Shown here: positions 29,247 through 38,708 of the stretch, piece by piece
How the letters are laid out: every line of letters begins with the position of its first letter
Position numbering within the stretch: position 1 is the stretch's first letter
Source of the DNA: Bacteroidia bacterium
Lineage (GTDB): Bacteria > Bacteroidota > Bacteroidia > Bacteroidales > VadinHA17
Direction of reading: 5' to 3'
DNA length: 64,000 nucleotides
NCBI GenBank assembly: GCA_026391215.1
Contig: JAPLDX010000060.1
Span: 50,622 to 114,621 of the forward strand
Position numbers and translations under genes: made by a program
The notes under the pieces: model-generated
What the model saw: only the letters and a program-made list of their open reading frames with translations
What the model was told of the DNA's origin: nothing
The model's database searches: none

Positions 29247-29431
29247 TTTATTATCGTTTAATGTATAGAACGAATATCAGAGGAACAATGTATTCTGATT
29301 TTTGTTGCTAATATAGTATTTTAACTATTACCCCCTCAACCAAATGAGTTATGCTGAGAGGGTACAGGATAACAAAAAAAGTTGTATTTTTCAGCCTTTA
29401 TTCTATTTATATCTGAAAAAGTTATCCAAAC

Positions 29432-30352
29432 ATGAAAAGGAGGGACTTTCTTAAAAGATCGGCAGGTGCTGGTCTGGCTGCAGGAGCAGCATTAAGTATC
29501 GGGCAATATGAAAAATTATGGTCTGCTGCACCAGGAAGGGCAAAATATGATATGGTTGCAGTTATGGGAGGCAATCCCGATGCCATGTTCGATCTCGGTA
29601 TTCAGGAGCTTGGAGGACTTGGAGCATTTATCCAGAAAGGACAAAAAGTGCTGGTCAAGCCAAACATCGGATGGGATGTCGTCCCTGAACTGGCAGCAAA
29701 TACAAATCCCATGCTGGTAAAAAGGATCATTGAACATTGTTTTAAAGCCGGGGCTAAAGAGGTATACGTGTTTGACCATACCTGTGATAACTGGGTCAAT
29801 TGCTATAAAAACTCGGGCATTGAGAAAGCAGCAAAAGGAGCTGGTGCAAAAGTCGTTCCGGCGAATTCAGAGACATATTATCAGCAGATAGAGATCCCTG
29901 GCGGAGTGAAGCTGAAAAGCGCAAAAGTACATGAGCTCCTTCTTGAAACAGATGTATTTATCAATGTTCCCATTCTGAAGGATCATAACTCCACAAGAAT
30001 GACAAGCTGCCTTAAGAATATGATGGGAGTCGTCTGGGACAGGGGATACTGGCACTCTAATAATTTAAATCAGTGCATTGCTGATTATGCATTGTTTGAA
30101 AAGAAACCAGCCCTTAATATTATTGATTGCTTTAATGTTATGGTACAACATGGTCCTCAGGGTGTCTCGAAAGAAGACATTGTCATGATGAAGTCGCTGA
30201 TCATCACTTCAGACTGGGTTGCTGGTGATGCAGCAGCAGCAAGGATGCTGGGCATAGAAACCGAAAGAATTGAATATATCCCGATTGCTCATAAAATGGG
30301 TCTGGGCAACATGGACATTGATTCACTTAATATAAAAAGAATTAAAATGTAA
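29432..30352 (+). CDS. Tat-exported DUF362-domain protein
   Basis: MKRRDFLK twin-arginine signal; VLVKPN, TNP, INVPILKDH, TSCLKNMMG, SDWVAGDA. Confidence 0.85.
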   Translation: MKRRDFLKRSAGAGLAAGAALSIGQYEKLWSAAPGRAKYDMVAVMGGNPDAMFDLGIQELGGLGAFIQKGQKVLVKPNIGWDVVPELAANTNPMLVKRIIEHCFKAGAKEVYVFDHTCDNWVNCYKNSGIEKAAKGAGAKVVPANSETYYQQIEIPGGVKLKSAKVHELLLETDVFINVPILKDHNSTRMTSCLKNMMGVVWDRGYWHSNNLNQCIADYALFEKKPALNIIDCFNVMVQHGPQGVSKEDIVMMKSLIITSDWVAGDAAAARMLGIETERIEYIPIAHKMGLGNMDIDSLNIKRIKM

Positions 30353-30358
30353 TTCCTG

Positions 30359-31918
30359 ATGAGGTCGCCATTATTAAGGATTTTCCGTATTCTTATTTCA
30401 GCAATTGTCTTCATATGCTTTTTTATCATTTTTGCTGACTTTACCCACCTTATACCGGCAAAATATATCAACATAGTCCTCTACCTGCAGTTTATTCCAT
30501 CCCTTCTTAATTTTCATGATCTTGGGACCTTTGCAGCAGCTGGTTTTGCAGTAGTTCTGATCCTTACTTTCCTGACAGGAAGGACTTACTGCTCGTTTCT
30601 TTGCCCGCTTGGTATCGGACAGGATATTAATAGCAGGATAGGAGGCCGTATCAAGAAGAAATTCAGGAGGTATGGCTATAAGAAACCATTTACAATAATC
30701 AGGTATTCGATTCTGGCAATACTAATTGCAGTGACAATTGTGTGGGGAGTATATCTGCTTACCCTTCTTGATCCTTATAGCATTTTTGGAAGGTTCATGA
30801 CCTATTTTGTAAAACCGGTGGTAATACTGATAAATAATTTTGTTGCCGGGATACTGGGAAAATTTGATGTATATTCCTTGAGCCATATACCGGTCAGGGG
30901 ATACCAGATGCTTGCTTACTCAATACCTGTATTATTTTTTTTGCTTATTGGTATTCTCTCATTCACAAAGGGGCGTCTTTATTGCAATATGATATGTCCT
31001 GTCGGGACACTTCTGGGACTTCTCTCGAAAGTATCGATCTTCAGAATTAAGATCAATGAAAGCCAGTGTACAAAGTGCGGACGCTGTTCAATCGGATGTA
31101 AATCATCGTGCATTGATTTTCTTCAGCACCATGTCGACGTAAGCAGATGTGTAGGCTGCTTTAATTGTATCAAGATCTGTCAGGATAAAGCAATTTTTTT
31201 TGGTATTGTAACAAAGGGAAAGAAAGTCATTAAAACTGATGTTAAAAAGCGGAAATTCATTGAAGGATCAATCGCATTGCTTTTTGGCCTTCCATTTATT
31301 GCTAAAGGGCAGGATAAGAATCCACCGGTGCCAAAAAACGCTTCATCTGTAAAAGAAAACAAAACATTTCCGGTATGCCCGCCCGGAGGAGGATCGATAG
31401 AAGATTTCAATATAGATTGTACAGCCTGCTCGCTGTGCATTACAGCCTGCCCGAACAATGTCCTGCAACCCGCAATGCTTCAGTATGGTGTCAAAGGAAT
31501 GATGCAGCCGGTAATGGATTATCACAAGAGTTTTTGCACATATAATTGTACAGTATGCACCGAAATATGCCCGACAAATGCTCTTCGCCCCCTGACCCTT
31601 GAAGCCAAGAAACTAACCCAGATCGGCAAAGTAAATTTTATAAAGGACAATTGTATTGTAAAAACAGAGAAAACAGCTTGTGGAGCCTGCTCTGAATCGT
31701 GTCCTACAAAAGCTGTTTATATGGTGCCTTATGAAGGCAACCTCCTGATACCGGAGACTAATGTAGAAATTTGTATAGGCTGCGGTCATTGCGAATTTGC
31801 CTGCCCGACAACCCCATTTAAAGCAATTTTCGTGGATGGAAATCCTGTTCACGAGGCTGCAAAGAAGCCAGTGAATGTTGAGTCTGAAAAGGAGATACCT
31901 GTTGAATTCCCATTTTAA
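30359..31918 (+). CDS. Membrane polyferredoxin (NapH/YccM-like N-terminus fused to NapF/MauM-like C-terminus)
   Basis: Several TM helices; GRTYCSFLCPLG, GRLYCNMICPVG; about six CxxCxxCxxxC motifs. Confidence 0.85.
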   Translation: MRSPLLRIFRILISAIVFICFFIIFADFTHLIPAKYINIVLYLQFIPSLLNFHDLGTFAAAGFAVVLILTFLTGRTYCSFLCPLGIGQDINSRIGGRIKKKFRRYGYKKPFTIIRYSILAILIAVTIVWGVYLLTLLDPYSIFGRFMTYFVKPVVILINNFVAGILGKFDVYSLSHIPVRGYQMLAYSIPVLFFLLIGILSFTKGRLYCNMICPVGTLLGLLSKVSIFRIKINESQCTKCGRCSIGCKSSCIDFLQHHVDVSRCVGCFNCIKICQDKAIFFGIVTKGKKVIKTDVKKRKFIEGSIALLFGLPFIAKGQDKNPPVPKNASSVKENKTFPVCPPGGGSIEDFNIDCTACSLCITACPNNVLQPAMLQYGVKGMMQPVMDYHKSFCTYNCTVCTEICPTNALRPLTLEAKKLTQIGKVNFIKDNCIVKTEKTACGACSESCPTKAVYMVPYEGNLLIPETNVEICIGCGHCEFACPTTPFKAIFVDGNPVHEAAKKPVNVESEKEIPVEFPF

Positions 31919-31933
31919 ACCTGATCCGGAACT

Positions 31934-32344
31934 ATGGAACCATCGCATATTGAACATATAGGAATTGCTGTCTCCAACCTGGAAGCATCAATTGATTTTT
32001 ATGAAAAAGTATTTGGGCTGAAATGCTACAAGGTTGAAGATGTCCCTGATCAGAAAGTAAGAACTGCTTTCTTCAGGATAGGACAGACAAAGATTGAACT
32101 TCTCGAATCAACCGATCCTCAGGGACCAATCGGAAAATTCATAAGCAAAAGAGGTGAAGGAATTCATCATATTGCTTTTGCAGTCAAAGACATTGAAAAA
32201 CAGTTAAAGCACGCAGAAGAGAAGGGTGTCACGCTTATTGATTCAACTCCGAGAAAAGGCGCTGAGAAGCTTGATATTGCATTTCTTCATCCGAAATCAG
32301 CATCCGGAGTATTGATCGAATTATGTGAAGACAAAAACAGCTAA
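31934..32344 (+). CDS. mce: Methylmalonyl-CoA epimerase
   Basis: IEHIGIAV, KIELLE, GEGIHHIAF, AFLHPK, GVLIELCE. Confidence 0.9.
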   Translation: MEPSHIEHIGIAVSNLEASIDFYEKVFGLKCYKVEDVPDQKVRTAFFRIGQTKIELLESTDPQGPIGKFISKRGEGIHHIAFAVKDIEKQLKHAEEKGVTLIDSTPRKGAEKLDIAFLHPKSASGVLIELCEDKNS

Positions 32345-32356
32345 TTGAAATCAATT

Positions 32357-33565
32357 ATGAAGAAATTTACAGTTACTGCCGGCAATGCAGGACCCAAAGT
32401 AAGATCGGACTGTGAAATAACCCTTGAGCTGAAGGAAAGAGGCGGTATTGAAATTGACCTTACATCAAAAGTGAAAGCCCTTTATGGTGATTCAATAACC
32501 AGCCTCTGCAGGGAAGTTCTCACATTCTTTAAGATCAGGAATGCCAGGGTGACTGTAACTGACTCGGGAGCGCTCCCCTTTGTTATCGCTGCGAGGATCG
32601 AAGCCGCTGTCAGGAGACTGAAAGACACTGACCTCGAATTCCTTCCGGAACTGATAAAGGAGAACATGTATTCAACTACCGGAGACAGATTCCGGTTTTC
32701 CCGGCTCTACCTTCCGGGCAATACTCCCAGCATGATGCTAAATGCAGGCCTGCATTCAGCCGATGGGATCATTCTTGACCTCGAAGATTCAGTAGCTCCT
32801 GAAAAAAAGGATGAGGCAAGGATACTGGTCAGAAACGCTCTCCGGCAAGTGGATTTCAGGGGAGCCGAAAGAATGGTCAGGATAAACCAGGGGGAAGCCG
32901 GACTCAAGGATCTGCAATATGTCGTATCTCATAATGTTAATCTTATCCTGGTTCCAAAATGCGAGTTACCGGACCATGTAAAGATTGTTGACAGTGAAAT
33001 TTCTGCTATAAGGAAAAGAACAGGTATAAAGTATCCTGTGTTCCTGATGCCGATTATTGAAAGTGCGCTTGGAATTGAAAATTCAACAGATATAGCAAGG
33101 GCTTCAGAAAATATAGTTGCACTGGCTATCGGTCTCGAAGATTTTACTGCCGACCTGGGAGTTCCCAGAACTGCTGAAGGTAAGGAGTCATTATACGCCA
33201 GGAGCAGGTTGGTGATAGCCGCTAAGGCTGCAGGTGTGCAGCCGATTGATTCCGTCTTCTCCGACGTTTCCGATATGGAAGCATTAAGGCAAAATGTCAT
33301 GAATTCCAAAGCACTTGGTTTTGAAGGAATGGGATGCATTCATCCCAGGCAGGTTGCTGTTATTAACCAGGGATTTGCACCTGATGAATCTGAAATAGAA
33401 AAATCCGTGAAGATTGTGGCTGCATATGAGGAAGCCAGGAAAAGGGGAGACGGAGTTGCAGCGGTCGGATCAAAAATGATTGATCAGCCTGTTGTCCTCA
33501 GGGCTCAGAAAACCATCAGTCTGGCAAGAAAACTCGGCAGGATGCCAAAAGACAGTTCAAGTTAA
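32357..33565 (+). CDS. citE: CitD(ACP-like)-CitE(acyl-CoA lyase) fusion
   Basis: N-terminal ~95 aa with SKVKALYG and DSGALPFVIAARIEAA (CitD-like); then SRLYLPGN, LDLEDSVA, VRIN, IIESALG, GLEDF, IHPRQV, MIDQP (CitE). Confidence 0.8.
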   Translation: MKKFTVTAGNAGPKVRSDCEITLELKERGGIEIDLTSKVKALYGDSITSLCREVLTFFKIRNARVTVTDSGALPFVIAARIEAAVRRLKDTDLEFLPELIKENMYSTTGDRFRFSRLYLPGNTPSMMLNAGLHSADGIILDLEDSVAPEKKDEARILVRNALRQVDFRGAERMVRINQGEAGLKDLQYVVSHNVNLILVPKCELPDHVKIVDSEISAIRKRTGIKYPVFLMPIIESALGIENSTDIARASENIVALAIGLEDFTADLGVPRTAEGKESLYARSRLVIAAKAAGVQPIDSVFSDVSDMEALRQNVMNSKALGFEGMGCIHPRQVAVINQGFAPDESEIEKSVKIVAAYEEARKRGDGVAAVGSKMIDQPVVLRAQKTISLARKLGRMPKDSSS

Positions 33566-33584
33566 TAAGTTAGTATTCAATGAT

Positions 33585-35144
33585 ATGGCTGTAAAAACAG
33601 TAATCAATGCTGCAGGCAGGTCAGTACCGCTGGAAATAAACGGGAAGCCTGTTATCCCATTCAAAGGCGTGGGCAAACACAGACCGGTAGGAGGGAAATA
33701 TTCCCCGCCTATCCCTGTCTGCTCGGATTTTCCGGACAATGGGAACAAGGTTGTAAGGTCACTTGAAGAAGCACTGAAGTTATGCGGCCTTCGCAACGGT
33801 ATGACTATCTCGACCCATCATCATTTAAGGGACGGCGACCTGATAAACAACAGTATTTTTGAAATTGCATCGGCGATGGGAGTGAAGGACCTGGTATGGT
33901 TCCCTTCAGCATCATTTCCATGCAATGATCCTGTGATCAAATATCTCGATAATGGTACAATAAACAGGATTGAGGGCAGCATGAATGGCCCCCTTGGACG
34001 CTATGTATCAGATGGTAAAATGAAGGGAACGGCTGTTCTCAGGTCTCATGGAGGAAGAGTTCAGGCAATACAGGACGGCGAAGTAAAGATCGATATTGCA
34101 GTTCTTGCTGCACCTTCTGCCGATTCATTCGGAAATGCAAGAGGAACTGGAGGGAACTCATCGTGTGGCGTTATCGGATATGCCAAAGCTGACAGCATGT
34201 ATGCATCCAAAGTAATCGTTATCACAGACAACCTCGTTGATATGCCATGCTTCCCTATGGAAATAGAAGGCAATTATGTGGATTATGTTGTGGTTGTCGA
34301 TAAGATCGGCATACCTGAAAAAATAGTCTCAGGAACAACAGAAATAACCAAAAGTCCTGACAGGCTGCTTATAGCTGAACTGACTGCTTCATTTCTTGAA
34401 AAATCAGGAATACTGAAAGATGGAGTAACTATGCAGGCAGGAGCAGGAGGGACTTCCCTTGCTATAGCAGTTTTTGTTCACCAGATACTTAAGCAGAAAG
34501 GGTGGAAATCAAAATTCGGCTTTGGCGGAAGCACAAAGTACATGGTTAAGATGCTTGAGGAGGGACAGATGGGTTATATACTTGATGCACAGGCATTTGA
34601 TCTTGATGCGGTCAAGTCTGTGGAAACTAATCCAAATCATGTTCCCTACCCGGTTTTCAATGCCTATAATTACCATTCAAAGGGCAACCTGACAAGCATG
34701 ATGGATATTATGATCCTTGGAGCGACCGAAGTGGACCTGAATTTTAATGGGAATGTCGTGACCCATTCCGATGGCTATCTTCTTCATGGCATAGGCGGAT
34801 GGCAAAATTGCCTTCATGCCAGGAATGTCATTCTTCCGCTTCCTCTCTTCAGGGACAGGATACCTGTGATAGTTGATGAAGTGACTACCCTGTGTGGTCC
34901 TGGTGAACTTATTGATGTGATAATTACGGAAAGGGGAATTGCAATAAATCCTTTACGTAAAGACCTGATAAAGAGCATAAAAGGCAGCGGGCTTCCTTTG
35001 AAAACAATAAAGGAACTTAAGGATGAGGCTGAAAGAATATGCGGTAAACCTAAGAAAGCGCAGTTTGAAGACAAAATTGTGGCAGCAATAAAATGGGTGG
35101 ATGGTACCGTCATAGATGTGGTACGAAAAATCAAAACAAAATAA
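33585..35144 (+). CDS. citF: Citrate lyase alpha subunit-like CoA-transferase
   Basis: [54 protein letters not shown]. Confidence 0.85.
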   Translation: MAVKTVINAAGRSVPLEINGKPVIPFKGVGKHRPVGGKYSPPIPVCSDFPDNGNKVVRSLEEALKLCGLRNGMTISTHHHLRDGDLINNSIFEIASAMGVKDLVWFPSASFPCNDPVIKYLDNGTINRIEGSMNGPLGRYVSDGKMKGTAVLRSHGGRVQAIQDGEVKIDIAVLAAPSADSFGNARGTGGNSSCGVIGYAKADSMYASKVIVITDNLVDMPCFPMEIEGNYVDYVVVVDKIGIPEKIVSGTTEITKSPDRLLIAELTASFLEKSGILKDGVTMQAGAGGTSLAIAVFVHQILKQKGWKSKFGFGGSTKYMVKMLEEGQMGYILDAQAFDLDAVKSVETNPNHVPYPVFNAYNYHSKGNLTSMMDIMILGATEVDLNFNGNVVTHSDGYLLHGIGGWQNCLHARNVILPLPLFRDRIPVIVDEVTTLCGPGELIDVIITERGIAINPLRKDLIKSIKGSGLPLKTIKELKDEAERICGKPKKAQFEDKIVAAIKWVDGTVIDVVRKIKTK

Positions 35145-35154
35145 TTCAACTGAT

Positions 35155-35316
35155 ATGGAATGCTATAAGTGTTCTGTCTGCGGATATATTTATGATCCGG
35201 AGCAAGGTGATCCGGCCGGTGGCATTGAGCCGGGTATTGAATTCAGCGACCTTCCCGCAGATTATTCTTGTCCTTTGTGCGGGGCAGGAAAAGATGATTT
35301 TTTCAGTTGTGAATAG
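35155..35316 (+). CDS. Rubredoxin
   Basis: [15 protein letters not shown]...[14 protein letters not shown]. Confidence 0.9.
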   Translation: MECYKCSVCGYIYDPEQGDPAGGIEPGIEFSDLPADYSCPLCGAGKDDFFSCE

Positions 35317-35344
35317 CAGGTAACAGGCTGAATTCCTGTAATGA

Positions 35345-36805
35345 TTATTTAAGCGGTATACTGGTTATAACATCAGTAAGCAGATCCCAGAACATCTGAA
35401 CCGTTTTTATTTCGATCTTCTCTTCAGGAGTATGGGCTCCCCGGATGGTAGGACCAAAAGAGATCATATCTATACCCTTGAACTTCTGATATATAAGACC
35501 GCATTCAAGTCCTGCATGTATTGCTCTGATATTTGGCTCTTTCCCGAAAAGCTTCTTATATGAATCCCGCGTGATTTTTAATATTTCCGAGTTCATGTTT
35601 GGTTTCCATCCGGGATAACCTGCAGAATGGACAACTGTAGCACCTGCAAGCTTAAGGCATGTTTCAACCATTGCGGCAGCATCCTGTTTCGATGATTCAA
35701 TGGAGCTGCGCTGTGTTGTTATGATATCTATTGTATTATCCTCCCCGAATTTTACAGAAGCAAGATTTGTTGATGTTTCTACAAGATTATCCATCTCCTT
35801 AGACCATGCTATGGCACCATGAGGGCAGCAGGTCAGTGAATTTAGAAGACTGGTCTGGTTACCCCTGTCCATTACAAACCTGGGAAGATCAGTATCCTTT
35901 ACAGTTATTTTCAGCTCCTTTTCAATATAGCCGATCTCATCAACCATGGTTGATTGAAAATCTTCAATCCAGCTCTTTATTTTTCCTGCTGATGATTTTT
36001 CAGCCACAATTGTGGCAAACGCCTCCCTTGGGATAGCGTTACGCAGATTTCCGCCGTTAAAATTACTGAGCGATATATTGAATTCATTCGAAAGGTTCCA
36101 GAGGATCCTGTTCATTATCTTCACGGAATTGCCGTACCCCTTGTGAATTTCGTCACCCGAATGTCCCCCATGAAGACCTGTAACAGATATTTCCAGAGCA
36201 GCTGTATCAGCAGGAACAGTCTCAGGAATATATTTTAATGTTCCAATAGTATCCATTCCACCTGCGCAACCGATATACAGAATGCCTTCATCTTCAGAAT
36301 CGAGGTTTAAAAGAATCTTCTCTGTAAAAAAACCAGGCTTCAGGTTTATGGCGCCGGTCATCCCGGATTCTTCATCAACAGTGAACAGACATTCTATTCT
36401 TCCTGCTTTAAGACTTTTGTCAGTAAGAATAGCCATCTGTGAAGCAATGCCTACTCCATCATCTGCCCCCAGCGTTGTTCCCTCCGCTGATACCCACTCT
36501 CCATTTACTACAGGTATAATCGGGTCTATCTCCCAGTTATGCGGATGATCAGAGTTTTTCTCACCGACCATATCCAGATGACTCTGCAGCACTATTGTTT
36601 TCACATTCTCCATGCCTGGAGAAGACGGCTTTACTATTAAAATATTGCCAATTTCGTCTTCCTTTGACTCAAGATTATTTTTTCTTGCAAAATCAAGAAG
36701 GAACTTTCTTATCCTTAATTCATTTTTAGAAAGCCGTGGAATTCTACAAATTTCTTCGAAATATTGCCAGACAAGTGAAGGCTTAAGTTGTTTATAAACG
36801 CTCAT
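35345..36805 (-). CDS. pepD: Aminoacyl-histidine dipeptidase (M20)
   Basis: QSHLDMV, TTLGADDG, DEESG, GGHSG, HAGLECG, HTPEE. Confidence 0.93.
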   Translation of the reverse strand: MSVYKQLKPSLVWQYFEEICRIPRLSKNELRIRKFLLDFARKNNLESKEDEIGNILIVKPSSPGMENVKTIVLQSHLDMVGEKNSDHPHNWEIDPIIPVVNGEWVSAEGTTLGADDGVGIASQMAILTDKSLKAGRIECLFTVDEESGMTGAINLKPGFFTEKILLNLDSEDEGILYIGCAGGMDTIGTLKYIPETVPADTAALEISVTGLHGGHSGDEIHKGYGNSVKIMNRILWNLSNEFNISLSNFNGGNLRNAIPREAFATIVAEKSSAGKIKSWIEDFQSTMVDEIGYIEKELKITVKDTDLPRFVMDRGNQTSLLNSLTCCPHGAIAWSKEMDNLVETSTNLASVKFGEDNTIDIITTQRSSIESSKQDAAAMVETCLKLAGATVVHSAGYPGWKPNMNSEILKITRDSYKKLFGKEPNIRAIHAGLECGLIYQKFKGIDMISFGPTIRGAHTPEEKIEIKTVQMFWDLLTDVITSIPLK

Positions 36806-36945
36806 TCAATCTTTTAATGACAGCTGATCAGGCGACAAAAGTACTCAAAATTTCGTAACCTCATTGCCAGGATGATAAATAAATTTGCTTTTCCGGAGAT
36901 GGCAAATTTTCGTTATTTTTACCCGTCACTTAGTATACAGATAAA

Positions 36946-38142
36946 ATGGCAAAAAGAATTATAGTAGCTCTTCCTGGCGATGGAATAGGAGCGATCGTAC
37001 TTCAGCAGGCAGTAAGGGTGCTTGATGCTGCAGGATTTGATGCGGAATATATATATGGAGATATCGGATGGGAATTCTGGCGGAAGGAAGGAAATCCCCT
37101 CCCTCAAAGAACCCTGGATCTGATTGAAAAGCATAAGATTGCACTTTTCGGAGCAATTACCTCAAAACCAAATGATGAAGCTAAGGCTGAACTCGCAGGA
37201 GAACTGCAGGGGAAAGGCTTTACTTACTCAAGCCCGATCGTGGGATTGCGTCAGCATTTTAATCTCGATATATGTGTTCGCCCGTGCAAATCGTACAAGG
37301 GGAATCCTCTGAATTTTATCAGGAGAGGAAGGGGAAATACAATTGAAGAGCCTCTTGTCGATGTGGTGATATTCCGTCAGAATACAGAATGCCTTTATTC
37401 AGGAGTGGAATGGACCAATCCCCCGGAAAATGTTTACCAGGCATTTATGACACATCCGAAATTCAGACAGAATTTCGGGAAAGTGCCTGTCGAAGAACTC
37501 TCTTTATCAACCAGGATCTTTACCTGGAAAGCCACCACAAGGATACTCCTTGCAGCCTTTGAATATGCACATAATTATGGCTACAAATCGGTAACGGTTT
37601 GCGAAAAGCCAAACGTGATCAGGGAAACTTCAGGACTGATGTGGAAGCTGGCTAAAGAGATTCAGCAGAGCAAATATCCCGACATAAAACTGTTGAATAC
37701 CAACATTGACGCCCAGATGATGTGGCTGACCAAAAATCCTGAAGATTATGGCGTTCTTGTGGCAGGCAATATGTTTGGTGATATAGCTTCTGATGCATTT
37801 GCAGGCCTCATCGGAGGTCTGGGATTTGCGTGCAGCGCCCAGTTCTCATCAGACGGGATCGCAGTTTTTGAGCCGACTCATGGTTCAGCTCCCAGATATG
37901 CCGGTTACGAAGTGCCGATAATTAATCCTATAGCAATGATAGAATCAGCCTGCATGATGCTTGATCACCTTGGTGAGAAAAAGATCTGCCAGTCGATCCG
38001 CAGGTCTGTCGCTGATGTGATCAGGGAGGGCAGGGTCAGGACGTATGATATGATGAAGATGAAGGGAAGTCCGGATGTTATTAATAACGGCGCTGCATCA
38101 ACAGTCCAGATGACAAATGCGATAATTGAAGGATTGAAGTGA
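36946..38142 (+). CDS. Isocitrate/isopropylmalate dehydrogenase family (homoisocitrate DH-like)
   Basis: GDGIG, YSSPIVGLRQ, RQNTECLY, KPNV, NMFGDIASD, FEPTHGSAP. Confidence 0.85.
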   Translation: MAKRIIVALPGDGIGAIVLQQAVRVLDAAGFDAEYIYGDIGWEFWRKEGNPLPQRTLDLIEKHKIALFGAITSKPNDEAKAELAGELQGKGFTYSSPIVGLRQHFNLDICVRPCKSYKGNPLNFIRRGRGNTIEEPLVDVVIFRQNTECLYSGVEWTNPPENVYQAFMTHPKFRQNFGKVPVEELSLSTRIFTWKATTRILLAAFEYAHNYGYKSVTVCEKPNVIRETSGLMWKLAKEIQQSKYPDIKLLNTNIDAQMMWLTKNPEDYGVLVAGNMFGDIASDAFAGLIGGLGFACSAQFSSDGIAVFEPTHGSAPRYAGYEVPIINPIAMIESACMMLDHLGEKKICQSIRRSVADVIREGRVRTYDMMKMKGSPDVINNGAASTVQMTNAIIEGLK

Positions 38143-38157
38143 TTAAACCGATTTGAA

Positions 38158-38706
38158 ATGACGGAACAGATCAAAAAATTATGGCCAGAGCTTGACTGGA
38201 TCAGCGATCAGTCGCTCAGGGAAAAGACAGCAAGAACGTGGGAGCTTGCACTGGAAAGGAGCGTACTGACAGCTGATGACCTGGAGCATATTCCTTTTAC
38301 CCTGCTGTGTGGACCTGATCTGAAGGTGAGCTTTATGGCTCACAAGAGGTGCGTTGTACATCTGGCCAGGGAAAGCGGTAAAAAGATGAATCAGTTCTTT
38401 GGCAGTGACCTGCCTGTAAATATGGATGTTCTTATTTCGGGTGCGATACTTGCAGATGTCGGCAAACTGCTTGAATATGAGCTTGACAAGGACGGCAAAG
38501 CTTTTCAGGGTAAATACGGGCAATACCTGCGGCATCCTTTTTCAGGAGTCTCACTGGCTGAAGAATGCGGTGTTCCGCCTGAGGTGTGTCATATCATAGC
38601 TGCACATGCTCATGAAGGTGATCTTGTGAAAAGGAGCACCGAGGCATATATTGTTCACCATGCCGACTTCATGACATTCGAACCTTTCAGGAGCAGATTG
38701 ATTTAA
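38158..38706 (+). CDS. HD/HDIG-domain protein
   Basis: MAHKRCV, AILADVGK (HD replaced by AD), RHPFSG, HIIAAH, HHAD. Confidence 0.75.
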   Translation: MTEQIKKLWPELDWISDQSLREKTARTWELALERSVLTADDLEHIPFTLLCGPDLKVSFMAHKRCVVHLARESGKKMNQFFGSDLPVNMDVLISGAILADVGKLLEYELDKDGKAFQGKYGQYLRHPFSGVSLAEECGVPPEVCHIIAAHAHEGDLVKRSTEAYIVHHADFMTFEPFRSRLI

Positions 38707-38708
38707 TG

